Positions 50,454 through 60,206 of a stretch of 64,000 nt of DNA are shown piece by piece. Position 1 is the stretch's first letter; each line of letters opens with the position of its first letter. The stretch is from Acidobacteriota bacterium (GTDB lineage Bacteria > Acidobacteriota > Vicinamibacteria > Vicinamibacterales > UBA2999), in the NCBI GenBank assembly GCA_030697165.1, contig JAUYQQ010000002.1, positions 257,193 through 321,192 on the forward strand. Direction: 5' to 3'. A program made the translations under genes and the position numbers. The notes under the pieces were generated by a model. That model saw only the letters and a list, made by a program, of their open reading frames with translations. It did not search any database and was not told the origin of the DNA.

Positions 50454-51845
50454 ATGTCTCTGAAGTGCGTCCGTCTCTTTCGGGCTGGGGTTCTCGTTCT
50501 TTTCGGTGCCGTCCTCGTGTCCGCGTCGGTCGCCCGCCCGGCCGCCGAGCAGCCCTTCGACTCCGCTCAGGGCCAGCAGGCTGCCGCACCGGCGTCGGTG
50601 ACCTTCACCAAGGACATCGCCCCGATCTTTCAACGCAGCTGCCTGCAGTGCCATCAGCCCGACTCGATCGGACCGATGTCACTGAAGACCTACGCCGACG
50701 TCAGGCCGTGGGCGCGCTCAATCAAGCAGAAGGTGATGTTGGGCGAGATGCCCCCCTATCGCTACGACCGCAACGTCGGCATCCAGGACCTCAAGGATGA
50801 CCTGCGGCTTAGCGAAAAGGAAATCCAGACCATTACCAAGTGGGTCGACAGCGGCGCGCCGCAAGGTAACCCGGCCGACCTGCCGCCTGCGGTGACCTTC
50901 GCCAACCCGAATGTGTGGGCGTTTGAGAAGGAAATGGGACCGCCCGATGTGATCGTCAAGACCAAGCCCTTCACGCTGGCGGCGCGCGGGCAGGACGTGT
51001 GGTGGCGCCCAATCGTCCCCACGGGCATCACGAAGGACCGCTGCATCAAGGCGGTGTCGGTGAAGCCGTCGCGCAAGGGCCGCGCTGCCGCGCACCACGC
51101 CAATACCGAGTTCGTCGAGTTCGACGAGAAGTCGGGTAACTACGTGGAAACCCAGCGCGTGTCGGAATACGCCCTCGGCAAGACCGGTGAAATCGTCCCG
51201 GCCGACGGCTGCCGCACCATGCCGGCCAACTCGCTGGTCCGCTGGGACGTGCACTACTACCCGACGGGCGAAGAGCTCAAGGACGATGTAATCGAGATGG
51301 GCATTTGGCTCTATCCCGAGGATCACAAGGGCAAATACAAGCAGGACCTGAGGCTCTACTTGATGACCATGAAAGGCGGCGATCTCGAGATTCCGCCGCA
51401 CGGCACCACCATGACGCAGGGCTTCCACACCTTCAAGACGCCCGTGCGCATCGACAGCTTCCAGCCCCACGGCCACTTCCGGCTGGTGGGCAAGACGCTC
51501 GAGATTTTCTACCCCGAGACCGGCCGGCTCGAGATGGTGAGCTCGGTCTCGAACTGGACCAACAACTGGCACACCAGTCACATCTATGCCGACGATGCCG
51601 CGCCGCTCCTGCCGGCGGGCGCCGTGCTGGTAATCACCGGCTATTACGACAACTCCTCAGCCAACAAGGGCAATCCCGATCCCGACCAATGGGTGGGCCC
51701 GGGCAGCCGGACTGCGGATGAGATGTCGCACGCGTGGATCGCGGTGACCCACCTGGACGACGAAGGCTACGCGCGGATCAAGGCCGAACGCGAGGCGAAG
51801 AAGAAGACCACCACCGACGTCGCGGCGCCGCGGGACAGGCAGTAA
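50454..51845 (+). CDS. heme-c motif protein fused to a PHM/DBH-like copper monooxygenase-type domain
   Basis: GAGGTAG Shine-Dalgarno; signal peptide; FTKDIAPIFQRSCLQCHQ (CxxCH). His/Met pattern HH-x51-H-x71-HxH-x82-M close to the PHM CuH/CuM ligand spacing. Confidence 0.7.
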   Translation: MSLKCVRLFRAGVLVLFGAVLVSASVARPAAEQPFDSAQGQQAAAPASVTFTKDIAPIFQRSCLQCHQPDSIGPMSLKTYADVRPWARSIKQKVMLGEMPPYRYDRNVGIQDLKDDLRLSEKEIQTITKWVDSGAPQGNPADLPPAVTFANPNVWAFEKEMGPPDVIVKTKPFTLAARGQDVWWRPIVPTGITKDRCIKAVSVKPSRKGRAAAHHANTEFVEFDEKSGNYVETQRVSEYALGKTGEIVPADGCRTMPANSLVRWDVHYYPTGEELKDDVIEMGIWLYPEDHKGKYKQDLRLYLMTMKGGDLEIPPHGTTMTQGFHTFKTPVRIDSFQPHGHFRLVGKTLEIFYPETGRLEMVSSVSNWTNNWHTSHIYADDAAPLLPAGAVLVITGYYDNSSANKGNPDPDQWVGPGSRTADEMSHAWIAVTHLDDEGYARIKAEREAKKKTTTDVAAPRDRQ

Positions 51846-51848
51846 AGC

Positions 51849-52727
51849 GTGCGTACACGTTCGTTTGTTCTGGGCGTCGTCCTGGTGACGGCGGCGATCG
51901 GGGTTGTGGGTGCGCAGGCGCCGCGGCAATGGCCGCTGGCGCCGACGCCGCCCGACGGTCAACGCGTCGCGCCGTTCTTCGACGGCTTCTACGAGAACGC
52001 CGACGGCAGCGTATCGCTGTCGTTCGGCTACTCGAACCTCAATGCGACGGAGGTCGTCGAGATTCCTCTCGGTCCCGACAACTTCATCGAGCCGAAGGAG
52101 TTCGACGGCCGCCAACCCACGTCGTTTCCCCCGGTTTCCGGCGGCGGGCCCACCGGCGCACGCCGCGATCGCGAGCGCGGGGTCTTCACCGTAACCATAC
52201 CGGCCACCTACAAGGGCGACGTGGTCTGGACGCTGCGGCACGCAGGGCAGACACACAAGGTGCCGGGCCGCACGAAGACCGGCGCCTACGGCCTGAAGTG
52301 GCCCATGGCGATGGGCTCAATCCCGCCGGCCCTGCGCTTTGCGGCCACGGGCCCAGAGGGCCGCGGCCCGATGGGCATTGAAGGTCCGGCGCTGCAGGCC
52401 ACCGTGGGCACCCCGCTGCCGGTGACGATCTGGATCAACGACGACAGCAAGCGCGAAGCCGATTCCATCCCGCTCAAGACTCGCGGCCCGGCTCGCCCCG
52501 CCGTCAACGTGGTTTGGTACAAACATTCAGGGCCGGGGCCGGTGAAATTCGATCCCGCCAGGACGGGCCTGACCGAATTGCAGGGCACCGTCAACTCCAC
52601 GGCCACCTTCACGCAGCCCGGCGCTTATATGCTGCGCGTGCGCGCCGACAACTTCGGCCGCCCCGACACCTCGGCCGGCAACCAGTGTTGCTGGACCAAC
52701 GGCTACATCAAGGTCACCGTCAGGTAA
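51849..52727 (+). CDS. hypothetical secreted protein, co-oriented 3 nt downstream
   Basis: Signal peptide MRTRSFVLGVVLVTAAIGVVGAQA. I recognise no family. Ends with a strong terminator. Confidence 0.6.
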   Translation: MRTRSFVLGVVLVTAAIGVVGAQAPRQWPLAPTPPDGQRVAPFFDGFYENADGSVSLSFGYSNLNATEVVEIPLGPDNFIEPKEFDGRQPTSFPPVSGGGPTGARRDRERGVFTVTIPATYKGDVVWTLRHAGQTHKVPGRTKTGAYGLKWPMAMGSIPPALRFAATGPEGRGPMGIEGPALQATVGTPLPVTIWINDDSKREADSIPLKTRGPARPAVNVVWYKHSGPGPVKFDPARTGLTELQGTVNSTATFTQPGAYMLRVRADNFGRPDTSAGNQCCWTNGYIKVTVR

Positions 52728-52744
52728 CCCCTCTGAAGCAAAAG

Positions 52745-52785
52745 AAACGGCCGGACACCCGAAGGTGCCCGGCCGTTTTCGTTTT
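52745..52785. terminator. bidirectional intrinsic terminator
   Basis: Stem AAACGGCCGG / CCGGCCGTTT with an inner CACC/GGTG extension, followed by TTTTCGTTTT on the plus strand. An A-rich tract (AAGCAAAAGAAA) precedes it. Lies between convergent genes. Confidence 0.8.
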
Positions 52786-52812
52786 GGTCTCGCGTGACTC
52801 CTGAACTCCTCC

Positions 52813-55689
52813 CTAGAAGCGGTACTTCACGCCGAGTTTGAAGACCCGCGCGGCGATGATCTCGGTGGGCTGAAGGTAGGTCGAGCCCACGCGGTTGGTC
52901 TGCGCCGTGATGGTGTTGGTGTTCAGCGAATTGAACAGGTCGAACGTCCCTTCCACCGACTGGTTGCCCCAGGTCTTGATGCGCTTCGAGATGCGGTTGT
53001 CCCAGATCTTGGTCCACTCGTAGCGGCCGGCCTGCGGGTCGACGCGGATCGGGACCAGCACGTTGTTGCCGTCACGGATCTGCACCTCGCGGAAGTAGTA
53101 GTCGCCGCTTTGCGCCATCAGTGACGTGGAGTACATCAGGCCCCACGGCAGGTTGTAGCTGCCGCTGACACGCAGTGCGTAGTTCCACGACGGACTGGCG
53201 CGCTGGAAGTTCTGCACCCCGTAGTTGTTGCCCGTGACCGTGCCGGTGCCATAGAGCGCCTCGTTCGGGTTGCGCGGCGCGTTGTTCTTGAGGTCGCGAT
53301 AGTCAGCATCGAACGACATCAGGAACGTGTAGTTGTTCGACTGCTGCTTGTTCAGCGTCGCACCGAACGCGTGGTACTGGCTGTCGCCGGTGGTCTGCAC
53401 CCGTCGCTCGATGTTCTGCCCGAAGGTCGGGTAGGTCCGCGGCACCGAGTAGACGACCAGGGTCTGGTCGTCGGCGGTTCCCGCCCGATTGTCAGGGCCG
53501 GGGTCGATGCCGGTAGTGGCCACGGTGTACGCGTCGTAGGGCAGCGCCTCGTTGATCGCGTAGTTGGCGTTGCCGTCGCGCTTGTGCACGTAGTTGAACT
53601 GCACCGTCAGCACGCGGCTCAAGCCCAGGTCGAGGCCCGCCGTGTACTCATCCACATACGGCCCCTTCAGGTCGAGGTCGATCGAACGGTTGGTGCCGCC
53701 GCCGGTGGTTGAGGTCAGGTTGGCGGGGTTTGGCACATACGGAATCACGCCGTTCCAGTTCGAGTAGGTCCGCGTGATGATCGCGTTCGGGTTGAGGTCG
53801 GCCGCGCCGGGGCCGGGGTTGGCATTGGCGCCCGAGCTGCCGCCGACATAGCGGCCGTAGCTCGCTCGCACCGCCACGCGGCCTTCGCCGGTGAGGTCAT
53901 ACACCGCCGAGATGCGCGGCACGAGCGTCTGGTAGATCGGGTAGTTGTCTTCGCCCTTGGCCGCAAAGATGTTCTCGGTGGCAAACGGGCCGGTGCCCGG
54001 GTTGCCCTGCTCGGGCAGGAAGCTCGAGTAGCGGTCGTAGCGGACGCCCACGTTCAGCGTCAGCTTGCGGCTGAGCGTGATCTTGTCGTTGAAGTACAGC
54101 GAGTTGTACCACTCGCCCGAGCCGGTCGTGTTCGGGTAGTCGAACACCTGCACCGAGTCGGGACGGGTGAAGCAGCCCTCGTAGTTGGCGGACTCGTTGC
54201 AACCCGCGTCGCCGGTCACGCTGCGGTAGCGGTACAGCTGCTGGTTTGGGTAGCCGAGGTTCTCGGTGTCGGCGATGTTCTTCCAGCCCAGGTAGCCGGT
54301 CTTCAGCTCGTGGTTGCGGCCGCCGATATCCGCAAAGTAGGCGACGGTCGCGCCGTACTGCCACCGCCGCGGCGCCCGGTCGGTCTCGAGGAACGCGCCG
54401 CGCACCGCTGTCGTGGCCAGGTCGCTCTTGCGCACGTCGCTCGTCCACGGCACGTCGGGCCACCAGTAACCGCCTCGCTGCAGGCTGGCGTCGAACGTCG
54501 CCCGCGACGACAGGATCGACAGCCACTTGAACGACGGCCCGACCAGCGACCACGAGTCCTGGTTCTGCGTCGATTCCAGCGGCACGAAGCGGCTGGCCGT
54601 GCGGTACGGCTGCCACTTGCGGCCGACCTGGAACATGCCCTCGAACTTGTTGTTCTTGGTCACCTGGTAGGTCATCTTCAGTGTGGGATCCTGCAGCTTG
54701 GTGTAGAACTCCACCTGCTGGCGGTCCGACAACTGCACGAAGCCCGGAATCAGCATGCCCGACGAGGCGTCGCGGTGACTGGCATAGAACCACAAGCGGT
54801 TCTTCAGGAGCGGTCCGCCAAGTTCGCCGTAGTAGTCGGTCTGCTTGGTGAACTTGTTGACGCCGGGCGCATAGCCCTTGTCGCGCAGAGCCTGGGTGAT
54901 GTTGTCGCTCTGGAAATCGCCCGACTGGTAATTGGCCGAGCCGAGGCCCTTGAAAATGTTGCTGCCCGACTTGACCACCAGGTTCATGGTCACGCCGGGG
55001 TTCATCGCGTCGGCGCCCTTGGCCGCCGTCGTGATCTGCGCCTCTTCGTAGGTGCCGAAGTCGCCGTAGGTCTGGTCCCAGATCATGCCGTCGTAGCTGA
55101 CCACGCCGCCGCCGGCGCGGCCGAACGTGCGCGCCGCCGGACCCGAGCCGGTGCCGAAGCTCGAGCCGCCCACGTCCATCGACGTGGCGTAAAGCCCGGG
55201 AATCATCGAGACCAACGCCGTCAGGCTGCGGCTCGATGGCAGGTCGTCGAGCTTCTGCTGATCCCAGTTGACCGCGACGTTCGCCGACTCCAGGTCAATG
55301 GTCGGCGACTGGCTGGTGACGGTCACGCTTTCCTGTAGCGACGCCACCTCCAGCTTGCCGTTGATCGTCGCGGTCGCGCCGGCGTTGAGGTTGACGCCCT
55401 CGATGTTCAGCGTCGTAAACCCGGGCAGGGTGAACGACACGACGTACTGACCGCCCGTGAGAAGGGTGAATCGATAAATGCCTTGATCATCGGTAACGGC
55501 GGTACGGGCCCCGCCAATCATGTTCGGGCTGGTAATCGACACCGTGACACCCGGGAGGGCGCCGCCGCTGGCATCCGTCGCTCGTCCGGTGATTGCCCCC
55601 GTTTGTTGCTGCGCCTCTGCCGAACCCACGAGCGCCACGGTCAGCGCCAGTGAAGTCAGCCACACCACACTCCAAGTCTTCCAATTCAT
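52813..55689 (-). CDS. Oar-like TonB-dependent receptor with CarboxypepD_reg N-terminus (958 aa)
   Basis: AAGGAG Shine-Dalgarno; signal peptide; GAITGRATDASGGALPGVTVSI..GIYRF..PGFTT; C-terminal FKLGVKYRF. Confidence 0.9.
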   Translation of the reverse strand: MNWKTWSVVWLTSLALTVALVGSAEAQQQTGAITGRATDASGGALPGVTVSITSPNMIGGARTAVTDDQGIYRFTLLTGGQYVVSFTLPGFTTLNIEGVNLNAGATATINGKLEVASLQESVTVTSQSPTIDLESANVAVNWDQQKLDDLPSSRSLTALVSMIPGLYATSMDVGGSSFGTGSGPAARTFGRAGGGVVSYDGMIWDQTYGDFGTYEEAQITTAAKGADAMNPGVTMNLVVKSGSNIFKGLGSANYQSGDFQSDNITQALRDKGYAPGVNKFTKQTDYYGELGGPLLKNRLWFYASHRDASSGMLIPGFVQLSDRQQVEFYTKLQDPTLKMTYQVTKNNKFEGMFQVGRKWQPYRTASRFVPLESTQNQDSWSLVGPSFKWLSILSSRATFDASLQRGGYWWPDVPWTSDVRKSDLATTAVRGAFLETDRAPRRWQYGATVAYFADIGGRNHELKTGYLGWKNIADTENLGYPNQQLYRYRSVTGDAGCNESANYEGCFTRPDSVQVFDYPNTTGSGEWYNSLYFNDKITLSRKLTLNVGVRYDRYSSFLPEQGNPGTGPFATENIFAAKGEDNYPIYQTLVPRISAVYDLTGEGRVAVRASYGRYVGGSSGANANPGPGAADLNPNAIITRTYSNWNGVIPYVPNPANLTSTTGGGTNRSIDLDLKGPYVDEYTAGLDLGLSRVLTVQFNYVHKRDGNANYAINEALPYDAYTVATTGIDPGPDNRAGTADDQTLVVYSVPRTYPTFGQNIERRVQTTGDSQYHAFGATLNKQQSNNYTFLMSFDADYRDLKNNAPRNPNEALYGTGTVTGNNYGVQNFQRASPSWNYALRVSGSYNLPWGLMYSTSLMAQSGDYYFREVQIRDGNNVLVPIRVDPQAGRYEWTKIWDNRISKRIKTWGNQSVEGTFDLFNSLNTNTITAQTNRVGSTYLQPTEIIAARVFKLGVKYRF

Positions 55690-55826
55690 ACACGCTCCTT
55701 GTCGCGCTCATCACGGGTACTGAGAGGAATTGCCCCCGTGACGGCCGACGAGCGGAACTTATAGCACCTATGCGAGCCCATAAGCCGTTACATACACAGA
55801 CAGAACCGCCGCTGCCAGCGCGCACT

Positions 55827-55832
55827 TATAAT
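55827..55832 (+). promoter_or_regulatory. consensus TATAAT, 7 nt upstream of the M28 peptidase ATG (leaderless candidate)
   Basis: Direct reading; no Shine-Dalgarno. The protein starts with a signal peptide. Confidence 0.5.
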
Positions 55833-55839
55833 CAAGGCC

Positions 55840-57216
55840 ATGCGGATAGTGCTCACCATCCTCTTGCTCGCCGGCAGCGCCCTCTCGATGTCACTCTCGG
55901 CGCAGGGCCGGCCGGCGTGGCTCGATCCCTATCGCGACAACGCCGGCAAGTTGATCACGGCCGCCACCGCCGGCCAGTTCGCCTGGGACCGCGTCGCCGA
56001 ACTGACCGACACCTACGGGCAGCGCATCAGCGGATCGGACAACCTGAACCGCGCCATCGCCTGGGCGGTCGAGACTATGACGAAGGACGGTCTCGAGAAC
56101 GTCCACACCGAGCGCGTGATGGTGCCGAAGTGGGTGCGCGGCGCCGAGAGCCTCGAGATCACCAACCCGCCGCATCACGTCGTGCCGATGCTGGGGCTTG
56201 GCGGCAGCATCGCCACGCCGCCGGCCGGCATCGAGGCCGAGGTCATGGTGGTGGCCAGTGGCGATGAGCTGACGAAGCGCGCGGCCGAGGCGAAGGGTAA
56301 AATCGTGCTGTTCAACGTCCCCTACACCAACTACGGCGAGACGGTGGCCTACCGATCCGGCGGCGCGCGCATGGCCGCGCAACATGGCGCCGTCGCCGCG
56401 CTGGTGCGGTCGGTGGGGCCGGTCGGCCTGCGCACGCCCCACACCGGCAACATGAACTACGGCGACGACACCGTCGCGAAGATCCCGGCCGCGGCGATCC
56501 CGGTCGAAGACGCGCTGCGCATCGAGCGCCTCGCCAACCGCGGCCTCAAGGTCCGCGTCCGCCTCAAGATGGAGGCGCGGTTCGAACCCGACGCCGAATC
56601 CTTCAACGTCGTCGGAGAAATTCGCGGCAGCGAGAAGCCGGACGAGATCGTGCTGGTCGGTTGCCACTTCGACTCGTGGGATCCCGGCACCGGCGCGTCG
56701 GACGATGGCGTGGGGTGCATCGTGACGTGGGAAGCCGCGCGGCTCATGAAGCAGCTGAACATCCGGCCGAAGCGCACGGTGCGGGTGGTGTTGTTTACCA
56801 ACGAGGAGAACGGCATGCGCGGCGGCAACGGCTATCGCGATCAGCACGCGACGCAGGCGCCCAACCACATCCTGGCGCTCGAGTCCGATTCGGGCGTCTT
56901 TGCTCCGGCGCGGCTCGGCTTCACGGGCTCCGAGGCGGCGCAGAAGATCATGGCCGACATCGGCACGCTGCTCGCGCCGCTTGGGTTGCAGGACATCGGG
57001 CCCGGCGGCGGCGGCGCCGACATCGGTCCTATCGCCGCGCTCGGCAAGGTGCCGATGATGGCCTACCAGGGCGACTCGGATAAGTACTTCACCATTCACC
57101 ACACGCCGGCCGACACCGTGGATCGCATTGCTCCCGCCGAGGTGTCGAAGGCCGCGGCCGCGATCGCCGCCGTGGTCTACGTCGTCGCCGACATGCCGCA
57201 GGCATTGCCGAAGTAA
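55840..57216 (+). CDS. M28-family metallopeptidase with PA domain, secreted
   Basis: Signal peptide MRIVLTILLLAGSALSMSLSAQG; GCHFDSWDPGTGASDDGVGC; FTNEENGMRGG. Confidence 0.85.
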   Translation: MRIVLTILLLAGSALSMSLSAQGRPAWLDPYRDNAGKLITAATAGQFAWDRVAELTDTYGQRISGSDNLNRAIAWAVETMTKDGLENVHTERVMVPKWVRGAESLEITNPPHHVVPMLGLGGSIATPPAGIEAEVMVVASGDELTKRAAEAKGKIVLFNVPYTNYGETVAYRSGGARMAAQHGAVAALVRSVGPVGLRTPHTGNMNYGDDTVAKIPAAAIPVEDALRIERLANRGLKVRVRLKMEARFEPDAESFNVVGEIRGSEKPDEIVLVGCHFDSWDPGTGASDDGVGCIVTWEAARLMKQLNIRPKRTVRVVLFTNEENGMRGGNGYRDQHATQAPNHILALESDSGVFAPARLGFTGSEAAQKIMADIGTLLAPLGLQDIGPGGGGADIGPIAALGKVPMMAYQGDSDKYFTIHHTPADTVDRIAPAEVSKAAAAIAAVVYVVADMPQALPK

Positions 57217-57246
57217 CGGGGCCTGGCACGGTTACATGGGATTTTG

Positions 57247-57633
57247 ATGACTATTCTGCGTACTGCTCTCGTCGCGCTGCTGTTGAATGTGACAGTTCTT
57301 GCACAACCGGCGCCCACGGCCACCGACGCAACGATCGTTCGGTCCGGCACGACCGCGTCGGTCTACCTGACCGTCAACAACCCGTCGATGTACGACATCT
57401 ACGTAATGTCGGCGACGAGCGATGCGGCGGGGAAGGTCGAGCTGTATTCCGGTGACAAGCCGGTCGAGAACATGACCGTCGCGGCGTACGGATCGTTGGA
57501 GTTGAAAGCCGGTGGGATGTTCCTGCGCCTGTCGGAGTTGAAGAGCGAGTGGAAGGCGGGCGAGTCGATCACCGTCACGATGCTGACCGACGGCGGCGCC
57601 ACGATCGTGGCCACCGCCGTCGTCAAACGTTAG
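57247..57633 (+). CDS. PCu(A)C/DUF461-like protein lacking the usual His ligands
   Basis: Signal peptide; the architecture matches ASVYLTVNN..VELY..M..LKAGGMFLRLSELK..GESITVTM, but the H..M..HxM copper motif positions are Tyr/Phe/Leu. Confidence 0.55.
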   Translation: MTILRTALVALLLNVTVLAQPAPTATDATIVRSGTTASVYLTVNNPSMYDIYVMSATSDAAGKVELYSGDKPVENMTVAAYGSLELKAGGMFLRLSELKSEWKAGESITVTMLTDGGATIVATAVVKR

Positions 57634-58052
57634 CCCTTCTTGATCGTGAAGGCGCCGGGTGCGCCTTCGCGGTACTTGGCGTGGCAGGTCTGGCAGGTCC
57701 CGCCGAGTTCCTTCATCGCGCCCATGATGCTTGCCGCGTCGGTGCCGTTGGCGAGGGCGTCAGCGTGCTTCATGGCCGCGCCCGCCCATTCTGCGGCCTC
57801 GGCGTTGTTGCGCGCGGTCCAGAACGCCTGGGCATCCTTGAACAGGGCGACCATCTTCGTGGCTTCCGCCGAGATGCCGGCCAGGTTCTGTTCCTTGGCG
57901 GCGCCGCGCACGCCGCCCATGGCCGCGCCGACTGCCTTCATCAAGGTGTCGTAGTCCTCATCCGTCTTGGCCTGGGCGAGTGGGCCGGCGGACATGGTGA
58001 TGGCCAGGGCCAGGGCCATGCCGGCAGCCGTGAGAAAACGAGAAAAATGCAT
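57630..58052 (-). CDS. cytochrome c' (class II, four-helix bundle) protein
   Basis: GGAGGG Shine-Dalgarno; signal peptide; helical ~130 aa with a single C-terminal CQTCH heme motif. Confidence 0.8.
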   Translation of the reverse strand: MHFSRFLTAAGMALALAITMSAGPLAQAKTDEDYDTLMKAVGAAMGGVRGAAKEQNLAGISAEATKMVALFKDAQAFWTARNNAEAAEWAGAAMKHADALANGTDAASIMGAMKELGGTCQTCHAKYREGAPGAFTIKKG

Positions 58053-58119
58053 GCAGATCCCTCCGGGACGCAAAGGGCAGCGGAATGCGGCCCAGTGCGG
58101 CGGAAGAATAGCATGAGGC

Positions 58120-58125
58120 TATAGT
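58120..58125 (+). promoter_or_regulatory. -10-like TATAGT, 6 nt upstream of the S9 peptidase ATG (leaderless candidate)
   Basis: Direct reading. Confidence 0.45.
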
Positions 58126-58131
58126 GTCCCG

Positions 58132-60204
58132 ATGATGAAGACCCTGCTCAGCTTCACCCTGATCCTGGCCCTGATGGCCCCGCTGACCCCGGCCGCGCAA
58201 TCGCGCCGCGCGCTGGTCCTGGACGACCATTCCCGCATCCTCGGGGTGGGCGATCCGCAGCGGTCGCCCGATGGCCTGTGGGTGGCGTACACGGTCACGA
58301 CCATCGATGCCGAGAAGGACCGGCGCAACACCGATGTCTGGATGGTGAAGTGGGATGGCAGCGAACAACTGCAGCTGACCTCGTCGCCCGACAGCGAATC
58401 GTCGCCGCGCTGGAGTCCCGACAACAACTACCTGGCGTTTGTCGCCTCGCGCGGCACTGAGGAAGAGAAGAAGAAGGGCGGCCAGATCTGGTTGCTGCCC
58501 CGCGCCGGCGGCGAGGCGCAGCGCGTCAGCGACGTCAAGGGCGGCGTCTCCGACATCCAGTGGTCGCCCGACAGCACCCGCATAGCATTTGTCGCGAGCG
58601 ACGAGGATCCCGCCGACGAGCCCGAGCAGATGGACGGCTGGAAGCGCAAGACCGCGCCGCCGATTGTGATCGATCGCTACCACTTCAAGCAGGATCGCGA
58701 AGGCTACCTCAAGCAGCTGTACCGTCACATTGCCATTTTCGACCTCGCCACCAGGACCTCGACCGTGATCACCAAGGGCAACACCGACGATGTGAGCCCG
58801 TCGTGGTCGCCCGACGGCAAGCAGATCGCGTTCCTGAGCAAGCGCGGCGCCGCCGATCCCGATCGCACGTCGAATGAAGACGTGTGGGTGGTCGATGCCA
58901 CGCCGTTCGGCACGCCCAAGCAGTTGACGCAGACCGCGGCCGGTGAAGCGGGCCGTCCGGCCTGGAGTCCTGACGGCAGCCGCATTGCCGCGTTGATGGG
59001 CGACAACGATCAGAACACCGCCTACGGCATGAACAAGCTGATCGTCGTGCCGGCCAATCCCCCGGCCTCGGCGGGACCGGCGACCAATCCGCCCGTCTAC
59101 ATGCCAAAGCTCGACCGCGCCGTGTCGAACGTGTCGTGGTCGGCCGACGGCCAGCACCTCGCATTCCTGCTGCAGGACGATCGCACCAATCACGTCGCGA
59201 CGGTGCCGGCCGAGAACCCCAACGGCACGGCGCAGCGCAAGTCGACCGGCCGCCGCGTGATCAGCGCGATTAGCCCGGGCCAGGACGGCCACTTCGCCGT
59301 GCTCGCGACCTCGCCGACACAGTTCACCGAGGTCTACGCGCTCGAAGGCGCGAACCTGCGGCAGCTGACGAAGCACAACGATCCGCTGGCCGCCGAGCTG
59401 CAGCTGGCGACCACCGAAGACTTCACCTCGAAGAGCAAGGATGGCGCGGTCGTCAACGGCTTGATCGTGAAGCCCGCGGGCTTCAAGGCGGGCACGACCT
59501 ATCCGACCTTGCTGATCGTCCACGGCGGCCCGAACGGGCAGGACCAGCACGCCTTCAACTTCGATCGCGAGTTCCTCGCCGCCAACGGCTACGTCGTGCT
59601 CGCCATCAACTACCGCGGCAGCGCCGGCCGCGGCAACGCGTGGCAGAAGGTGATTCACGGCGATTGGGGCAACCTCGAAGTGGTCGACCTGCTGGGCGCG
59701 GCCGATGAAGTAGTCAGGCAGGGCATTGCCGATCCCAATCGGCTCGGCATTGGCGGCTGGAGCTACGGCGGCATCTCGACCAACTACACGATCGCGACCG
59801 ACACCCGTTTCAAGGCCGCCGTCAGCGGCGCCGGCAGCTCCATGCAGTTCACGATGTACGGCATGGACCAGTACATCATCCAATACGAGCAGGAGATGGG
59901 CCAGCCGTGGAAGTCGAAGGACAAGTGGATGAAGGTGTCCTACCCGTTCTTCAACGCCGACCGGATCAAGACACCGACGTTGTTCATGGGCGGCGAGAAA
60001 GACTTCAACGTGCCGATCGCCGGCAGCGAGCAGATGTACCAGGCGCTCAAGAGCCTGGGCGTCGACACCCAGCTTGTGATTTACCCCGGCCAGTTCCACG
60101 GCCTGACCATTCCGAGCTACGAGCGCGATCGGTTGCAGCGTTACCTGAACTGGTTCAACAAGTATCTGCAGCCGGCAGCGACGACGACGGCGCGAGGCCA
60201 GTAA
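58132..60204 (+). CDS. S9-family serine peptidase with TolB-like propeller
   Basis: Signal peptide MMKTLLSFTLILALMAPLTPAAQS; WSPD repeats; GIGGWSYGG nucleophile; C-terminal Asp/His region. Confidence 0.9.
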   Translation: MMKTLLSFTLILALMAPLTPAAQSRRALVLDDHSRILGVGDPQRSPDGLWVAYTVTTIDAEKDRRNTDVWMVKWDGSEQLQLTSSPDSESSPRWSPDNNYLAFVASRGTEEEKKKGGQIWLLPRAGGEAQRVSDVKGGVSDIQWSPDSTRIAFVASDEDPADEPEQMDGWKRKTAPPIVIDRYHFKQDREGYLKQLYRHIAIFDLATRTSTVITKGNTDDVSPSWSPDGKQIAFLSKRGAADPDRTSNEDVWVVDATPFGTPKQLTQTAAGEAGRPAWSPDGSRIAALMGDNDQNTAYGMNKLIVVPANPPASAGPATNPPVYMPKLDRAVSNVSWSADGQHLAFLLQDDRTNHVATVPAENPNGTAQRKSTGRRVISAISPGQDGHFAVLATSPTQFTEVYALEGANLRQLTKHNDPLAAELQLATTEDFTSKSKDGAVVNGLIVKPAGFKAGTTYPTLLIVHGGPNGQDQHAFNFDREFLAANGYVVLAINYRGSAGRGNAWQKVIHGDWGNLEVVDLLGAADEVVRQGIADPNRLGIGGWSYGGISTNYTIATDTRFKAAVSGAGSSMQFTMYGMDQYIIQYEQEMGQPWKSKDKWMKVSYPFFNADRIKTPTLFMGGEKDFNVPIAGSEQMYQALKSLGVDTQLVIYPGQFHGLTIPSYERDRLQRYLNWFNKYLQPAATTTARGQ

Positions 60205-60206
60205 CG

